Below are positions 1-9,676 of a DNA stretch of 64,000 bases, one piece after another. Position 1 is the stretch's first letter. Each line of letters starts with the position of its first letter. The stretch comes from Thermodesulfobacteriota bacterium (GTDB lineage Bacteria; Desulfobacterota; Desulfomonilia; UBA1062), in assembly GCA_034716155.1 (NCBI GenBank), contig JAYEFR010000082.1:427-64426 (forward strand), given 5' to 3'. The notes beneath the pieces were generated by a model that was not told the origin of the DNA, made no database searches, and was given only the letters and a program-made list of their open reading frames with translations. Both the position numbers and the translations under genes were made by a program.

Positions 1-1104
1 AGTATATATTGCCCTGGAAAGGTTGTGACATTGCTGAAGCACATGCCTCGCAACCAGCATACACCCCACACCAGGGGTTTTGCCGAAGGCTGCTCCCTGG
101 CATACATCCATGCCAATAGACAGGCCTTCGATATTTATTCCTACCGCCTGTCCCACAAACCCTGGAGGCGCTACCGTGACAAACGGATATCCGGAATCCG
201 GCAGATAGACCATCACGCAGGCGGCATCCTGGTACACATCTGCAGTGCCGAACATAAAGTCCCTGCCGTGATATGTCTGGCCACCCTTGGTGGCGCTACC
301 AGATACCACGAACTCATTGCACCCAAATCTCACTAAGGAGCTATTATCCAGGTTCAGACCAGAGAGATCGGATCCGTTATTTGCAATCCTTTGCTTGCGT
401 GCCTTCTCCAAGATATCAGAGAAAAGATTCAGCGCCATTTCATGTGCATCCCAGTCATCATTCGGGTCATTCGGCACCTTATTAAACAGGGAGGCCAAAA
501 AGAAGTACGTGCTGTCTACCCCCTGATTCAGGAGAAGCACCTGGTCAAAATCCACATCATCATAACCTTGATCTCTCACCCCCTGGACCAGCCCATGCAT
601 CTCATCTTTCAGGTAATCCGGGATATAGGCCTGCACCCTACTATTGTAGTTTTTAACCGCCGCGTCGTAAAAGGCTTTAAAGATATCCTTGGCCTGGTCA
701 GTGTCCGGACCGATATCAATACCCAGCATACCCAGTAATTCGCTCAGTGCAATCCTCCTCATAAAATCCGTTAACATAGCATGAGTTCTCTTTGGAAGTA
801 AGAACCCAGCCTGATATCCCATGCTGAAGGGCTTGCCTGTAAGCACAAGGCAATATTTTGGCATCTTGTGGCCACTTGCAAGATCCTGATACTCAGCCAG
901 ATAACCGGTATCACCATCATAGGTGACCTCACCAACAAGGGTAAGCCCCTGGGAGGCCAATATATCCTCTATTATTATGCCTTCACCTTCGCCACTGCCC
1001 CCTCCTCCCATAAACACATCGTCATCACTGTTGGAAGAACATCCAACAAGAATGAGGGCAAAAAGGCCCAGGACGATCATTAGTAACCTTACCTTTCTTA
1101 ACAT
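1..1104 (-). CDS. Secreted lipoprotein, tentatively an Ntn-hydrolase/peptidase C45-like acyltransferase; its 3' end runs off the window start
   Basis: Hand translation of the reverse strand from ATG at 1104-1102 (AAAGGGGG RBS upstream) gives MLRKVRLLMIVLGLFALILVGCSS (signal peptide plus lipobox) and stays open to position 1. It is absent from the ORF track because no stop lies inside the window. An internal FGCNEFVVSGS..HGRDFMF stretch hints at a Cys-nucleophile hydrolase; the function is a guess. Confidence 0.45.
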   Translation of the reverse strand, partial: MLRKVRLLMIVLGLFALILVGCSSNSDDDVFMGGGGSGEGEGIIIEDILASQGLTLVGEVTYDGDTGYLAEYQDLASGHKMPKYCLVLTGKPFSMGYQAGFLLPKRTHAMLTDFMRRIALSELLGMLGIDIGPDTDQAKDIFKAFYDAAVKNYNSRVQAYIPDYLKDEMHGLVQGVRDQGYDDVDFDQVLLLNQGVDSTYFFLASLFNKVPNDPNDDWDAHEMALNLFSDILEKARKQRIANNGSDLSGLNLDNSSLVRFGCNEFVVSGSATKGGQTYHGRDFMFGTADVYQDAACVMVYLPDSGYPFVTVAPPGFVGQAVGINIEGLSIGMDVCQGAAFGKTPGVGCMLVARHVLQQCHNLSRAIYT

Positions 1105-1753
1105 TAGAAACCCCCTTTTTTATATTACTTCCATATTGCATGAATAGATCCAGACCCAAATATGGATCATCCATAACAATCAAGACATAGCAACCAAGAT
1201 AACCTTTACTATTTAATATAACAATACACTAGCCAAAATCAAGCTCTAACGTGCCGAAGTTGCAGAATTGCCTAAATAACACATGAAGATATGAGCCCGT
1301 ACTCCCCTTGCCTATCACCTTTTGTCATAAACCCCCATGCCTGCAAGGAAGGCACAACCAAGGATGAAACTGCTTTCGGGATGGGGATCCTCTCGCTTAC
1401 ATTTTATCGCTCTTTGATACATCCTTTTGGCTTGCTTACGGGCGCTCCCTAACTCGCCCTTCGGGCTTAAACATAAGGGATCGATTCCCCTTTAAACTCC
1501 GCCAAAGGATGTATTAGCAAATCGCGATAGAAGGCCCGCTCAAGAACCCCCCCATCCCTTAATCTGCACGGACAGATTCCCCCTTTGAAGGGGGCCAGGG
1601 GGATGTTATTGGGGGACCCCCCTGATCGCTGATAGCTGTTTTCATATAAACCTGCATGAGCGGTCCACGCACACAACGAAGGATGAAAATATATGCTGCA
1701 TAAGAAAAGACCTTTGCGCAATTGCTTTCATAGTCATTGCGAGGAGGTTTTTA

Positions 1754-1842
1754 GGCCGATGTAGCAATCCCATTGGTTGCAGGCACTTTGAGATTGCTTC
1801 GCTAAAGCTCGCAATGACAATATGGGTATTCTGCAAAGGCCG
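1754..1842. repeat. Intergenic repeat family C, copy 1 (GTAG-containing REP-like element)
   Basis: GGCCGATGTAGCAATCCCATTGGTTGCAGGCACTTTGAGATTGCTTCGCTAAAGCTCGCAATGACAATATGGGTATTCTGCAAAGG recurs with small changes and one ~50-bp insertion at 7538-7672. Confidence 0.6.
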
Positions 1843-1896
1843 ATGAGGGCATCGGCCCCTACAAAACTTTCTACCTACCTTCACATAAATATGCTC

Positions 1897-1961
1897 GGGC
1901 TGAGAAAAACATCCATCCCCGAAAACCGACCCCTGACCCCCGATACCTGTTTTCATATAAA
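1897..1961 (-). repeat. Intergenic repeat family A, copy 1 (X module only, reverse orientation)
   Basis: Its reverse complement reads TTTATATGAAAACAGGTATCGGGGGTCAGGGGTCGGTTTTCGGGGATGGATGTTTTTCTCAGC, matching the 5' module of the repeats at 21163 and 47004. Confidence 0.6.
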
Positions 1962-2040
1962 GGTGATCACCTATCTTCCAATTGCCAAGAAATAGACATA
2001 TGAGGCAAAGTGCATGGATTAAAGGAGGCCGGAGATAAAG

Positions 2041-3489
2041 ATGAATCTTCACATTATTCCATTATCTATATTGATTTGTTACGTTGTGCTAACCCTTGTA
2101 GCTGCGAATTTTATACTTAGAAAACACCTAGGTTCAGAGCACTATCTCGCTGCCGGAAGACAACTCCCGGTCTTCATGGTGCTGGTAATTATTCTCGGTG
2201 ATTGGCTTGGCGGAGGATCCACTATCGGCGTGTGCCAAAGGGGCTATAACTTGGGCATTGTGGCCTGGGTCTATCCCATCTCCATAGGTATAGGCCTGTT
2301 TGCACTTGCCTTTACAATGGCTGCGAGATACAGGAGACTCGGAGCAGTAACCGTCCCAGAGGTCGTTGGTAGGATCTTCGATGCAAAGACAAGGCTTGCC
2401 TCTGCAATCTTTATCGGCCTGGCCTACTATTTCCTTGGGATTGCCCAGATAATTGCCGGCGGGGCATTGCTTGCACCCCTGCTTGGGGTTGAAAAATGGC
2501 TTGCTGAACTCATCTCAGCAATAATCTTCCTTGCTATTATTACGGCTGGAGGTTTGCGTTCAATAGCATTGGTCAACATCATCCAATGTTTAGTTATATA
2601 CATTGGAATGCTTTTAGGCCTCTTCTGTTCACTGCGCCTTATTGGAGGTTCAATCTCCACCGGCTTTAGCATGCTATTTAGCAAACTCCCATCATCATTC
2701 TGGAACTTTCAATCTATAAGTCCTGTTACATGGTCGGGTGAGATGCTATCTGCCATCTTTACCTGCTTTGCGGTTCAGGCAGCAATCTCAGGTATCTTCG
2801 CAGCTAAAGATGCAAGGGCAGCGGTTCGCGGGACATGGATCGCAGCTGCCCTTATAATCCCTATTGGCGTGGTTTATGTGCTAATAGGCATGTGTGCCAG
2901 GATCCAATTTGGCACTGCGCTTCCTTTGGGCTTATCAGCCGGCCCGGCAATGATGCTTGCCCTCACTCCTGTTGTGGCAGGGATTGCCCTTTGTGGCATT
3001 CTTGCCGCAATCATATCAACAGGGCCATTATGCTTTCTGGCCCCAACCCAGATTTTGATACGAGACATCTACTCAGTGCACATAAACCCAAATGCTTCAG
3101 ATAAAAAGATCCTCCTATACAGTAGGATGCTGGCAGCAGTCTTTATTGTCATTGGTTGGCTTATAGGCATAACAATGTATGACCTGCTCGGAACAATCTT
3201 CTGGGCGTTCACCCTTCGTTGCGGCATAGCTGTTATACTCCTTACCGTGACATATATGGGTGCCAGGTATGTATCTGAAGATGGGGCATTCTGGGGGGTG
3301 ATTATTGGATTCATAGGGCTGACAATCTGGACAACGTGTGGAAGTCCTTACAAAATACACGTGGCCATACCTACCATAATAACAGTATTCATATCCTCAC
3401 TAATAATCTCAAGGTTCAGAAGAAGGAAAAAAGAACTCTCACCAGAGGTCAAAAAATCCCTTCGATTTCACGGCAAACCCCAAGATTGA
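2041..3489 (+). CDS. Sodium:solute symporter (SSS) family transporter
   Basis: 482-aa polytopic membrane ORF; N-terminal region and glycine-rich TM pattern typical of SSS permeases; AAAGGAGG RBS upstream. Confidence 0.75.
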   Translation: MNLHIIPLSILICYVVLTLVAANFILRKHLGSEHYLAAGRQLPVFMVLVIILGDWLGGGSTIGVCQRGYNLGIVAWVYPISIGIGLFALAFTMAARYRRLGAVTVPEVVGRIFDAKTRLASAIFIGLAYYFLGIAQIIAGGALLAPLLGVEKWLAELISAIIFLAIITAGGLRSIALVNIIQCLVIYIGMLLGLFCSLRLIGGSISTGFSMLFSKLPSSFWNFQSISPVTWSGEMLSAIFTCFAVQAAISGIFAAKDARAAVRGTWIAAALIIPIGVVYVLIGMCARIQFGTALPLGLSAGPAMMLALTPVVAGIALCGILAAIISTGPLCFLAPTQILIRDIYSVHINPNASDKKILLYSRMLAAVFIVIGWLIGITMYDLLGTIFWAFTLRCGIAVILLTVTYMGARYVSEDGAFWGVIIGFIGLTIWTTCGSPYKIHVAIPTIITVFISSLIISRFRRRKKELSPEVKKSLRFHGKPQD

Positions 3490-3496
3490 AGAAATG

Positions 3497-3514
3497 TCCC
3501 GGCTTTCCCGGGGT
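3497..3514. terminator. GC hairpin (CCCGG-CTTTC-CCGGG) between convergent genes; likely bidirectional terminator
   Basis: Perfect 5-bp GC stem lying between the stop of the SSS transporter and the stop of the AOR gene. Confidence 0.4.
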
Positions 3515-3556
3515 TATTCATAGCCCCCTCGGTTCTTATTAACCCTGCTGTGCCCA

Positions 3557-5275
3557 TTACAAATCAAAGGTCTTATCCATGTCTTCGTCACTGATGAGAA
3601 AAATCTTATTGTGAGGGGGTAAGGCCTCTTTATAATAGAACTCCGGCAGGCGATCGTCCTTGTTTGTAAACCCTGCTTTACGGTTGAAGTCCAGCTCTGC
3701 CTGCAACACTTTTACGCCGATACCATTGATGGCATCCATATTATATTGGGTGCCGAGCTTGGCATTTATCATATTAACAAATGCCTCCATAACCTCGGGC
3801 ACAGCAAGCACTGAAGCCGCAAGGAGACAAAGCCCCATGCTGTCTATCATTGCTCCTGCTATCTGGGCCTTTCGGCTGGCCTCAACCTGGCCGCCTGTTT
3901 CCAATGGGTTAAGCGCTCCTCCCACATAGTCTTCAAGCAGGCCTCCTGCTGTGTGGTCCGCACCCATGGGAGAGGTGGCATATGTAACGCCATAACCCTG
4001 CATTCCTCTTGGATCGTAGGCTGACAGGCTCTGTCCCTTGACTGCGGGCACGCGGTGATGGTTCAGATGTTTGCCAACAGCAACAGGACCGTTACCAAAA
4101 ATTTTGCCTGTTTCAGAACATTTACCAATTTCCTCAATCATCTCGATAGCAGCCCGGCCATCTCCGAATTTCTTGTATCCCGCATCCATGGCCACGGCAA
4201 TAGCCACGCCTGTGTTTATGGTATCGATGCCAATATCATCACAGAGAAAGTCCAGCCTGGCAATCACATCCAGGTCATTAATATCGGTCATGCTCCCCAT
4301 GGACCATATCGTCTCATACTCTAAAGATCCGGTCACATACTTGCCCTGCTTATCCACAAACTGATTGGAGCAATGAATAGCACACTGGGAACACCCCCTG
4401 TGGCCTGTCTTACCCCCACGCTCCTGGATAACCCTGGCCAGTTCTTCACCGCTTATCTTTTCCCAGCCATCCATAACGCCTTTGGTTGCATTTAAGCTCG
4501 GAAAGGCACCCATGGAGTTTACTATCCCTATCAACACAGCGGTACCAAGAGAAGACAGCATCTGGCCGCAGAAAAGATCACCTTTTATTGCCTTGGCAAA
4601 GACTGCAGCCGCTTTTCTGAAGGCCTCCGGATCAGCTGGTGCGTCAGCGTTCTTTCCGCCCTGATCAACAACCAGGGCCTTCAACCCCTTTGCCCCCATG
4701 ACCGCGCCGAGGCCACCACGAGCCGCAGCCCTACAGGGGTAGCCATCAACATCAGAAGACTGGATTGAGGCTGATGCCAGTTGATACTCCCCAGCAGGGC
4801 CTATACACAGCACAGCGTTATTATCCCCATAGGTCTTAAACAGCCTTTCTGCAAGGGCATATGTCCTCATCCCTTTACAGTCCTGAGCAAGGTCAAGGCT
4901 TGCTGCGCTATCTTTATCGATCTTGAGGATGTACAGCTCTCCATCAAGTACCTTTCCCTCAACAATCACCGCTGTAATGCCTAAGTTACCCATGGCTGCC
5001 CCCACTGTTCCACCCGCATTGCTCTCCTTTATTGTCCCAGTCAGCGGGCTTTTCGCACCTATTGAAATCCTGCTGGTATTGACAAGGATTGTCCCGCTTA
5101 AGAGACCAGGGGCAAAGATGAGTTTGTTTTCCGGCCCAAGGGGATCACATTTGGCAGGCACCTCGGCATTGATCATTGCTGATGTAAGCCCTCTGCCACC
5201 AAGCCCGATGTACTCCTTAGGCACATCTTCTACGCTCACGGCCTTCTCTGTCATGTTCACCCTTAAAAATTTCAT
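3557..5275 (-). CDS. aor: Aldehyde:ferredoxin oxidoreductase (tungsten-containing AOR family)
   Basis: 572 aa; N-terminal MKFLRVNMTEKAVSVEDVPKEY...GGRGL and overall composition match the AOR family (N-terminal AFOR_N plus C-terminal cofactor-binding domains). Confidence 0.85.
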   Translation of the reverse strand: MKFLRVNMTEKAVSVEDVPKEYIGLGGRGLTSAMINAEVPAKCDPLGPENKLIFAPGLLSGTILVNTSRISIGAKSPLTGTIKESNAGGTVGAAMGNLGITAVIVEGKVLDGELYILKIDKDSAASLDLAQDCKGMRTYALAERLFKTYGDNNAVLCIGPAGEYQLASASIQSSDVDGYPCRAAARGGLGAVMGAKGLKALVVDQGGKNADAPADPEAFRKAAAVFAKAIKGDLFCGQMLSSLGTAVLIGIVNSMGAFPSLNATKGVMDGWEKISGEELARVIQERGGKTGHRGCSQCAIHCSNQFVDKQGKYVTGSLEYETIWSMGSMTDINDLDVIARLDFLCDDIGIDTINTGVAIAVAMDAGYKKFGDGRAAIEMIEEIGKCSETGKIFGNGPVAVGKHLNHHRVPAVKGQSLSAYDPRGMQGYGVTYATSPMGADHTAGGLLEDYVGGALNPLETGGQVEASRKAQIAGAMIDSMGLCLLAASVLAVPEVMEAFVNMINAKLGTQYNMDAINGIGVKVLQAELDFNRKAGFTNKDDRLPEFYYKEALPPHNKIFLISDEDMDKTFDL

Positions 5276-5321
5276 ACTTTTCTCCTTTCAAAGTTAAAAT
5301 GTTTGATCTTAACTCAACCTC

Positions 5322-6581
5322 TTATCCATCCCCGTCCGTTAAGAATTCCGGCCTTTGATAGGCCGGGGTTGGATATGCGTAGAATCCCTTGCCTGTCTTT
5401 TTACCCAACTCCCCACGCTCAACATAGGGCCGCAGGAAACCTGCGATCTCTTCTGGATTCCCAAACTGATATACCCACATCCCTGATGGTTCGTTGAGAC
5501 CCTCCAAAAAATCGTCTAATCCCTTGTTATCCAACATGCCAAATGGCCCTGTAGTAACGTTTTGACCTGCCATCCACGCCCGATCCACATCATCCACGTC
5601 TGCATATCCGTCAACAACTAACATTATGGCATTACATGCCAGAGAGCCAAAAAGTACATCATGAAGATGCCCACCATCTTCCATTCCTTTCAGAAAATCA
5701 GACTCTTGATAGGCAGGGCTTGGATATAAGTAGAGTCCCTTGCCCGTCTTGACACCCAACTCCCCACGCTCAACATAGGGCCGCAGGAAACCTGCGATCT
5801 TTTTGGCCCACACCTCCCAAACCCTATCCAGGTTCTCTGCCATCATACTGTCATATACAACATTCAACCCCACGTAGTCCATCATGCCAAAGGGTCCTAT
5901 CCAGTGTTTTTGTCCTGCCATCCAAGCCCTGTCTATTGCTTTAACACCCCCCCGGCCCCTGATAACCAACAGCAGCGAAGCTGCAAAAACCCCGCCTAGC
6001 ATCGAATTATAGAGGTAGCCGGGCTTTTCTCTTTTGAGCACGAGCGGGATACACCCCAGGCTTAAGACATAACGCTTGAGAATATCGATGGTCTCAGGAG
6101 ATGTCCGCTCTCCACCCACAATGTCGACCAGGCCTGATCCAAGGTGGGAATGCAGGGCTGCAAACCGGTCAGAGCGCGTCACGGCCTTTTCTATCTCGGA
6201 TACAGGTAGTCCTGATGTATTAGTGGTCATAATCGTCTTAGGCGGGCATAATGCGTCAAACTGTTTGTGGACCTTGCGCTTCAATTCCAGTCGCTCAGAC
6301 ACGGATTCGCTCAAAAGATCGGCATCTTCGGCGGCCTGCACAGGGTCTGAAACCAGGGATACACGGGACATACCCGCATCAACCAGGCCCTGATCAAAAA
6401 TCTTGTTATCAACCATATAGGCACCTGCTTCTTTTTGACGCTGGAATACCTGGCTTAGTGCTTCAGCAGAAACGTCATAAATCAGTGCATTATAACCGCC
6501 AATACCGCTGAGCAATGAATTAACACAACCCATGGTACCAGCCCCCACGAAGCAGACCGTCTTTATCTCTTTAATAGGCAT
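5322..6581 (-). CDS. 3-hydroxyacyl-CoA dehydrogenase with duplicated C-terminal (3HCDH_C) domain
   Basis: N-terminal Rossmann motif VCFVGAGTMG; two C-terminal copies of a ...IAGFLRPYVERGELG(V/K)KTGKG(L/F)Y(L/A)YP... segment. Confidence 0.8.
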   Translation of the reverse strand: MPIKEIKTVCFVGAGTMGCVNSLLSGIGGYNALIYDVSAEALSQVFQRQKEAGAYMVDNKIFDQGLVDAGMSRVSLVSDPVQAAEDADLLSESVSERLELKRKVHKQFDALCPPKTIMTTNTSGLPVSEIEKAVTRSDRFAALHSHLGSGLVDIVGGERTSPETIDILKRYVLSLGCIPLVLKREKPGYLYNSMLGGVFAASLLLVIRGRGGVKAIDRAWMAGQKHWIGPFGMMDYVGLNVVYDSMMAENLDRVWEVWAKKIAGFLRPYVERGELGVKTGKGLYLYPSPAYQESDFLKGMEDGGHLHDVLFGSLACNAIMLVVDGYADVDDVDRAWMAGQNVTTGPFGMLDNKGLDDFLEGLNEPSGMWVYQFGNPEEIAGFLRPYVERGELGKKTGKGFYAYPTPAYQRPEFLTDGDG

Positions 6582-6610
6582 AAGAATCCCCTATCCTTAA
6601 AGTCAATCTT

Positions 6611-7423
6611 TTAACGAAGGTCACGGGGAGGCCGATCCGGTATTTCAAGGTTGCTGCTCTCTTTGGTTACCAGAGCCGGAAGATATTCAAGTATAGGCAG
6701 ATCAGCCAAGGCATTAACAATATGATACTGCATCGGATTTTGCTCCCAGGTAAGATGCTGCCAGACAACCTCGCCTTGACCGACCCAGACTTCCTTGAAG
6801 ATTCTATCCACGGGGAAGAGGACAGGCTGGCTGATTTCAGCGCCCACGCTGTTAGACTTGGGGATGTACCTCCATCCCATCACGTGGTCTTTACCCTCCA
6901 TGTCTTTTACACCTTGCTTGATCTGTTCTTCTGTCACAGGGCTTAGATTGTCCACCATAAGATCCACGATCTTATGCCCGAAATGGCTTGCCACAGCTTG
7001 CCACTGCCCGCCGATGATACTATGATCCGGGATATCCGCATAAATTTTGGGGACGCCCAGGATCTCCCGACCGGAGATGATGGCGTCTGTAAGATTCTCC
7101 CACCACACAAGGGCATAATAGCCTGTCAAATAGTCAACATCTCCCTTGAAGATTGCCGAGGCATTCACAGCGATCAGGTTATATGAATGCCCGGCCAGCC
7201 AGTCGACCTCCTTGTTCATGCCATAGTAGACACTCACGATCGGCTCTTGACCCACCTCGAAGGGTTCTGGGAGATAAGCGGCCAATTTATCACGATCGGT
7301 AAGATACGAGACCGTTATGCTGGTCACATCGTGGTAGTATCCCGTAGCCTTCCCGATGGGCCTGGGACCGAAATTCCCAGGCATCATGTATGCCTGATTG
7401 GGGTCAAACTTAAACATACGCAA
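6611..7423 (-). CDS. Acetoacetate decarboxylase (ADC)-like family protein
   Basis: 270 aa; length and sequence pattern resemble ADC-fold proteins; located inside a beta-oxidation-like cluster. Confidence 0.45.
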   Translation of the reverse strand: MRMFKFDPNQAYMMPGNFGPRPIGKATGYYHDVTSITVSYLTDRDKLAAYLPEPFEVGQEPIVSVYYGMNKEVDWLAGHSYNLIAVNASAIFKGDVDYLTGYYALVWWENLTDAIISGREILGVPKIYADIPDHSIIGGQWQAVASHFGHKIVDLMVDNLSPVTEEQIKQGVKDMEGKDHVMGWRYIPKSNSVGAEISQPVLFPVDRIFKEVWVGQGEVVWQHLTWEQNPMQYHIVNALADLPILEYLPALVTKESSNLEIPDRPPRDLR

Positions 7424-7537
7424 GTCCTCCTTGGTTTAGTTTTTTTATTCTTAATATCCTTTCTGGCCATTGCTCTTTGAAAAACCAGATGCCCCCCTGA
7501 CTAGATAGGATCTGCCTGTCATTTCGGGAAGGGCGCA

Positions 7538-7672
7538 GGCCGACGTAGCAATCCCATTTTTTTTCAGGCACTTTGAGATTCTTCACTTCGCTTAAGCCCC
7601 TTTCACTTCGTGTAGGTCCCATAGTTTGCCTTCGCTAACGCCCGCAATGACAATATACGTATTATGCAAAGG
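7538..7672. repeat. Intergenic repeat family C, copy 2 (with internal insertion)
   Basis: GGCCGACGTAGCAATCCCATT...GCAGGCACTTTGAGATT...CGCAATGACAATATACGTATTATGCAAAGG; homologous to 1754-1842 with an extra segment that contains TTCACTTCG twice. Confidence 0.6.
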
Positions 7673-7702
7673 TCTCTCTTCGTATCCTTCTCCATCTTCT
7701 AT

Positions 7703-8674
7703 TTAACTATACAGGTGACAGGCTACATAGTGCCCTGGAGTTATTTCTCGCATGAAAGGAACTTTTTTGCTGCATTCGGGCCTGCATACCGGACACCTCG
7801 GGTGAAAAGTGCATCCATGCGGCGGGTTCAGGGGACTCGGCACCTCTCCTTCCAGGCTTACATCCCTGATATCTTCGGGATCCGCCACAGGAACGGACGC
7901 CAGAAGGGCACGCGTGTAGGGATGCTGGGCATTGTAATAAAGCTCCTCACTCGGGGCCAGTTCCACAAGATGACCGAGATACATTACACCAATATGAGTG
8001 CTGACGTGTTCCACCACGGCAAGGTCATGGGCAATAATAAGATATGTAAGACCGAGTTTTTCTTGCAGATCGATCAAAAGGTTCAGTATCTGGGCCTGAA
8101 TTGATACATCCAGGGCTGAGACCGGTTCGTCTAAGATAATCGTCTTGGGTCTCAAGGCCAAGGCACGTGCAATAGCAATCCTCTGTCGCTGTCCCCCGCT
8201 GAATTCATGGGGATAGAGATCCATCCGGAGAGATTCGAGACCTACTAATTCCACGAGTTCTAAAACGCGAGAAAAGGTTTCCTTCTTCGATAACACCTTG
8301 TGAACACGAAGCGGTTCGGAAATGATTTGCCTCACCTTTTTTCTGGGGTTCAACGAACGAAACGGGTCCTGGAATACAGCCTGAATATTTCGCCGGAATT
8401 TAAAAAGCTCCTTTCCATTAAATCCGGTGATGTCCTTTCCCTCGAACATAATCTGCCCGGATGTAGGCGCCTCAAGACCCAAAAGGACATTCGCCGTGGT
8501 GGACTTGCCGCAGCCAGACTCTCCAACCAGCCCAAGGGTCTGTCCCTGAGAGATGCTGAAACTAATATCATCCACGGCCTTGACATAGCCTGTAACCTTC
8601 GAGAAAAATGTACCCTTTGTAACGGGAAAGTACTTCTTGAGATTCATAGCGGAAATGATTGTATTATCTCTCAT
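7703..8674 (-). CDS. oppF: Oligopeptide/dipeptide ABC transporter ATP-binding protein (OppF/DppF)
   Basis: Walker [13 protein letters not shown] signature LSGGQRQR, C-terminal oligopeptide-ABC extension with Cys cluster. Confidence 0.85.
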   Translation of the reverse strand: MRDNTIISAMNLKKYFPVTKGTFFSKVTGYVKAVDDISFSISQGQTLGLVGESGCGKSTTANVLLGLEAPTSGQIMFEGKDITGFNGKELFKFRRNIQAVFQDPFRSLNPRKKVRQIISEPLRVHKVLSKKETFSRVLELVELVGLESLRMDLYPHEFSGGQRQRIAIARALALRPKTIILDEPVSALDVSIQAQILNLLIDLQEKLGLTYLIIAHDLAVVEHVSTHIGVMYLGHLVELAPSEELYYNAQHPYTRALLASVPVADPEDIRDVSLEGEVPSPLNPPHGCTFHPRCPVCRPECSKKVPFMREITPGHYVACHLYS

Positions 8675-8677
8675 CTC

Positions 8678-9676
8678 TTAATCCCCTGAATAGAGCCAGC
8701 ATGAAACATCATGACCCTCCTCTAAGGCAATCTGTGGAGGATAACTCTCAAAACAGATCTTTTTGGCCTTGGCGCATCTAGGCGCAAAACGACACCCGGA
8801 TGGCGGATCTAAAAGGTTCGGAGGATGCCCCTCGATGGAATAAAGACGTTTACTACGCCGCCCCAGCACAGGTACTGATTCGATCAGCCCAATAGAATAA
8901 GGATGCGCCGGATTTTTGTAGAATGTCTTGATAGGGGCCTTCTCAACGATCTTCCCCGCATACATCACCATGACCCTTGAACAAATCTGGGCAACACAAG
9001 CAAGATCATGGGTGATCAAGATAACAGATGCGTTGGATTCACGCTGTATGTCCCTCATAAGTTTTAATATCTGTGCCTGAACGCTCACGTCTAGGGCCGT
9101 TGTCGGTTCGTCGGCAATTAATAGATCAGGGGCATTAGCAATCCCCATGCCAATGAGGGCCCTCTGACACATACCGCCGCTAAATTCAAACGGATAATTA
9201 TTTATCCTGCTCTCCGGAGATGGTACCCTGACCTTTCTAAGAATGTCTATACACATATCTTTTAGAGAACCAGTGACCTTATTATGATACTTCAATGGCT
9301 CACCAAGCTGATACCCGACCGTAAGAAGTTGATTCAGCGATACCATTGGATCCTGCAAGATCATGGAGATCCGATCCCCCCGAAGCTGCCTCATCTCCTC
9401 TTCGCTCTTTTCAAGCAGGTTTTCATTTTTAAAGAGGATCTCTCCCGAGATGATCTCGCCTGCAGGCTGGGGCACAAGCCGCATAATAGAAAGGGATGTT
9501 ACGCTCTTACCGCATCCTGACTCACCGACCAGCCCCACAACTTCACCCCTTCTTATGGAAAAGCTCACACCATCAACCGCCTTGACCTCTCCTTCTCTGG
9601 TATAAAAGGAGGTCCTTACATCCTTCAACTCGAGGAGCTTATCATCTTTAGTATCTATGGTATTGTCTTTCATCAT
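8678..9676 (-). CDS. oppD: Oligopeptide/dipeptide ABC transporter ATP-binding protein (OppD/DppD)
   Basis: Walker [11 protein letters not shown], signature FSGGMCQR, Walker B LLIADEPTTALD. Confidence 0.85.
   Translation of the reverse strand: MMKDNTIDTKDDKLLELKDVRTSFYTREGEVKAVDGVSFSIRRGEVVGLVGESGCGKSVTSLSIMRLVPQPAGEIISGEILFKNENLLEKSEEEMRQLRGDRISMILQDPMVSLNQLLTVGYQLGEPLKYHNKVTGSLKDMCIDILRKVRVPSPESRINNYPFEFSGGMCQRALIGMGIANAPDLLIADEPTTALDVSVQAQILKLMRDIQRESNASVILITHDLACVAQICSRVMVMYAGKIVEKAPIKTFYKNPAHPYSIGLIESVPVLGRRSKRLYSIEGHPPNLLDPPSGCRFAPRCAKAKKICFESYPPQIALEEGHDVSCWLYSGD

Noticed and set aside
25-1147. Several 60-115-aa plus-strand ORFs (25..336, 273..485, 391..738, 868..1083, 923..1147)
   Set aside because: They lie antisense to a long, signal-peptide-bearing minus-strand gene that hand-translates cleanly from 1104 to the window edge; they are shadow ORFs.
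1467-2052. Minus-strand ORFs 1467..1721 and 1642..2052 in the divergent intergenic region
   Set aside because: They overlap repeat families A and C plus G/C-run hairpins, show low-complexity Cys/His/Arg-rich translation and have no RBS; they are likely non-coding.
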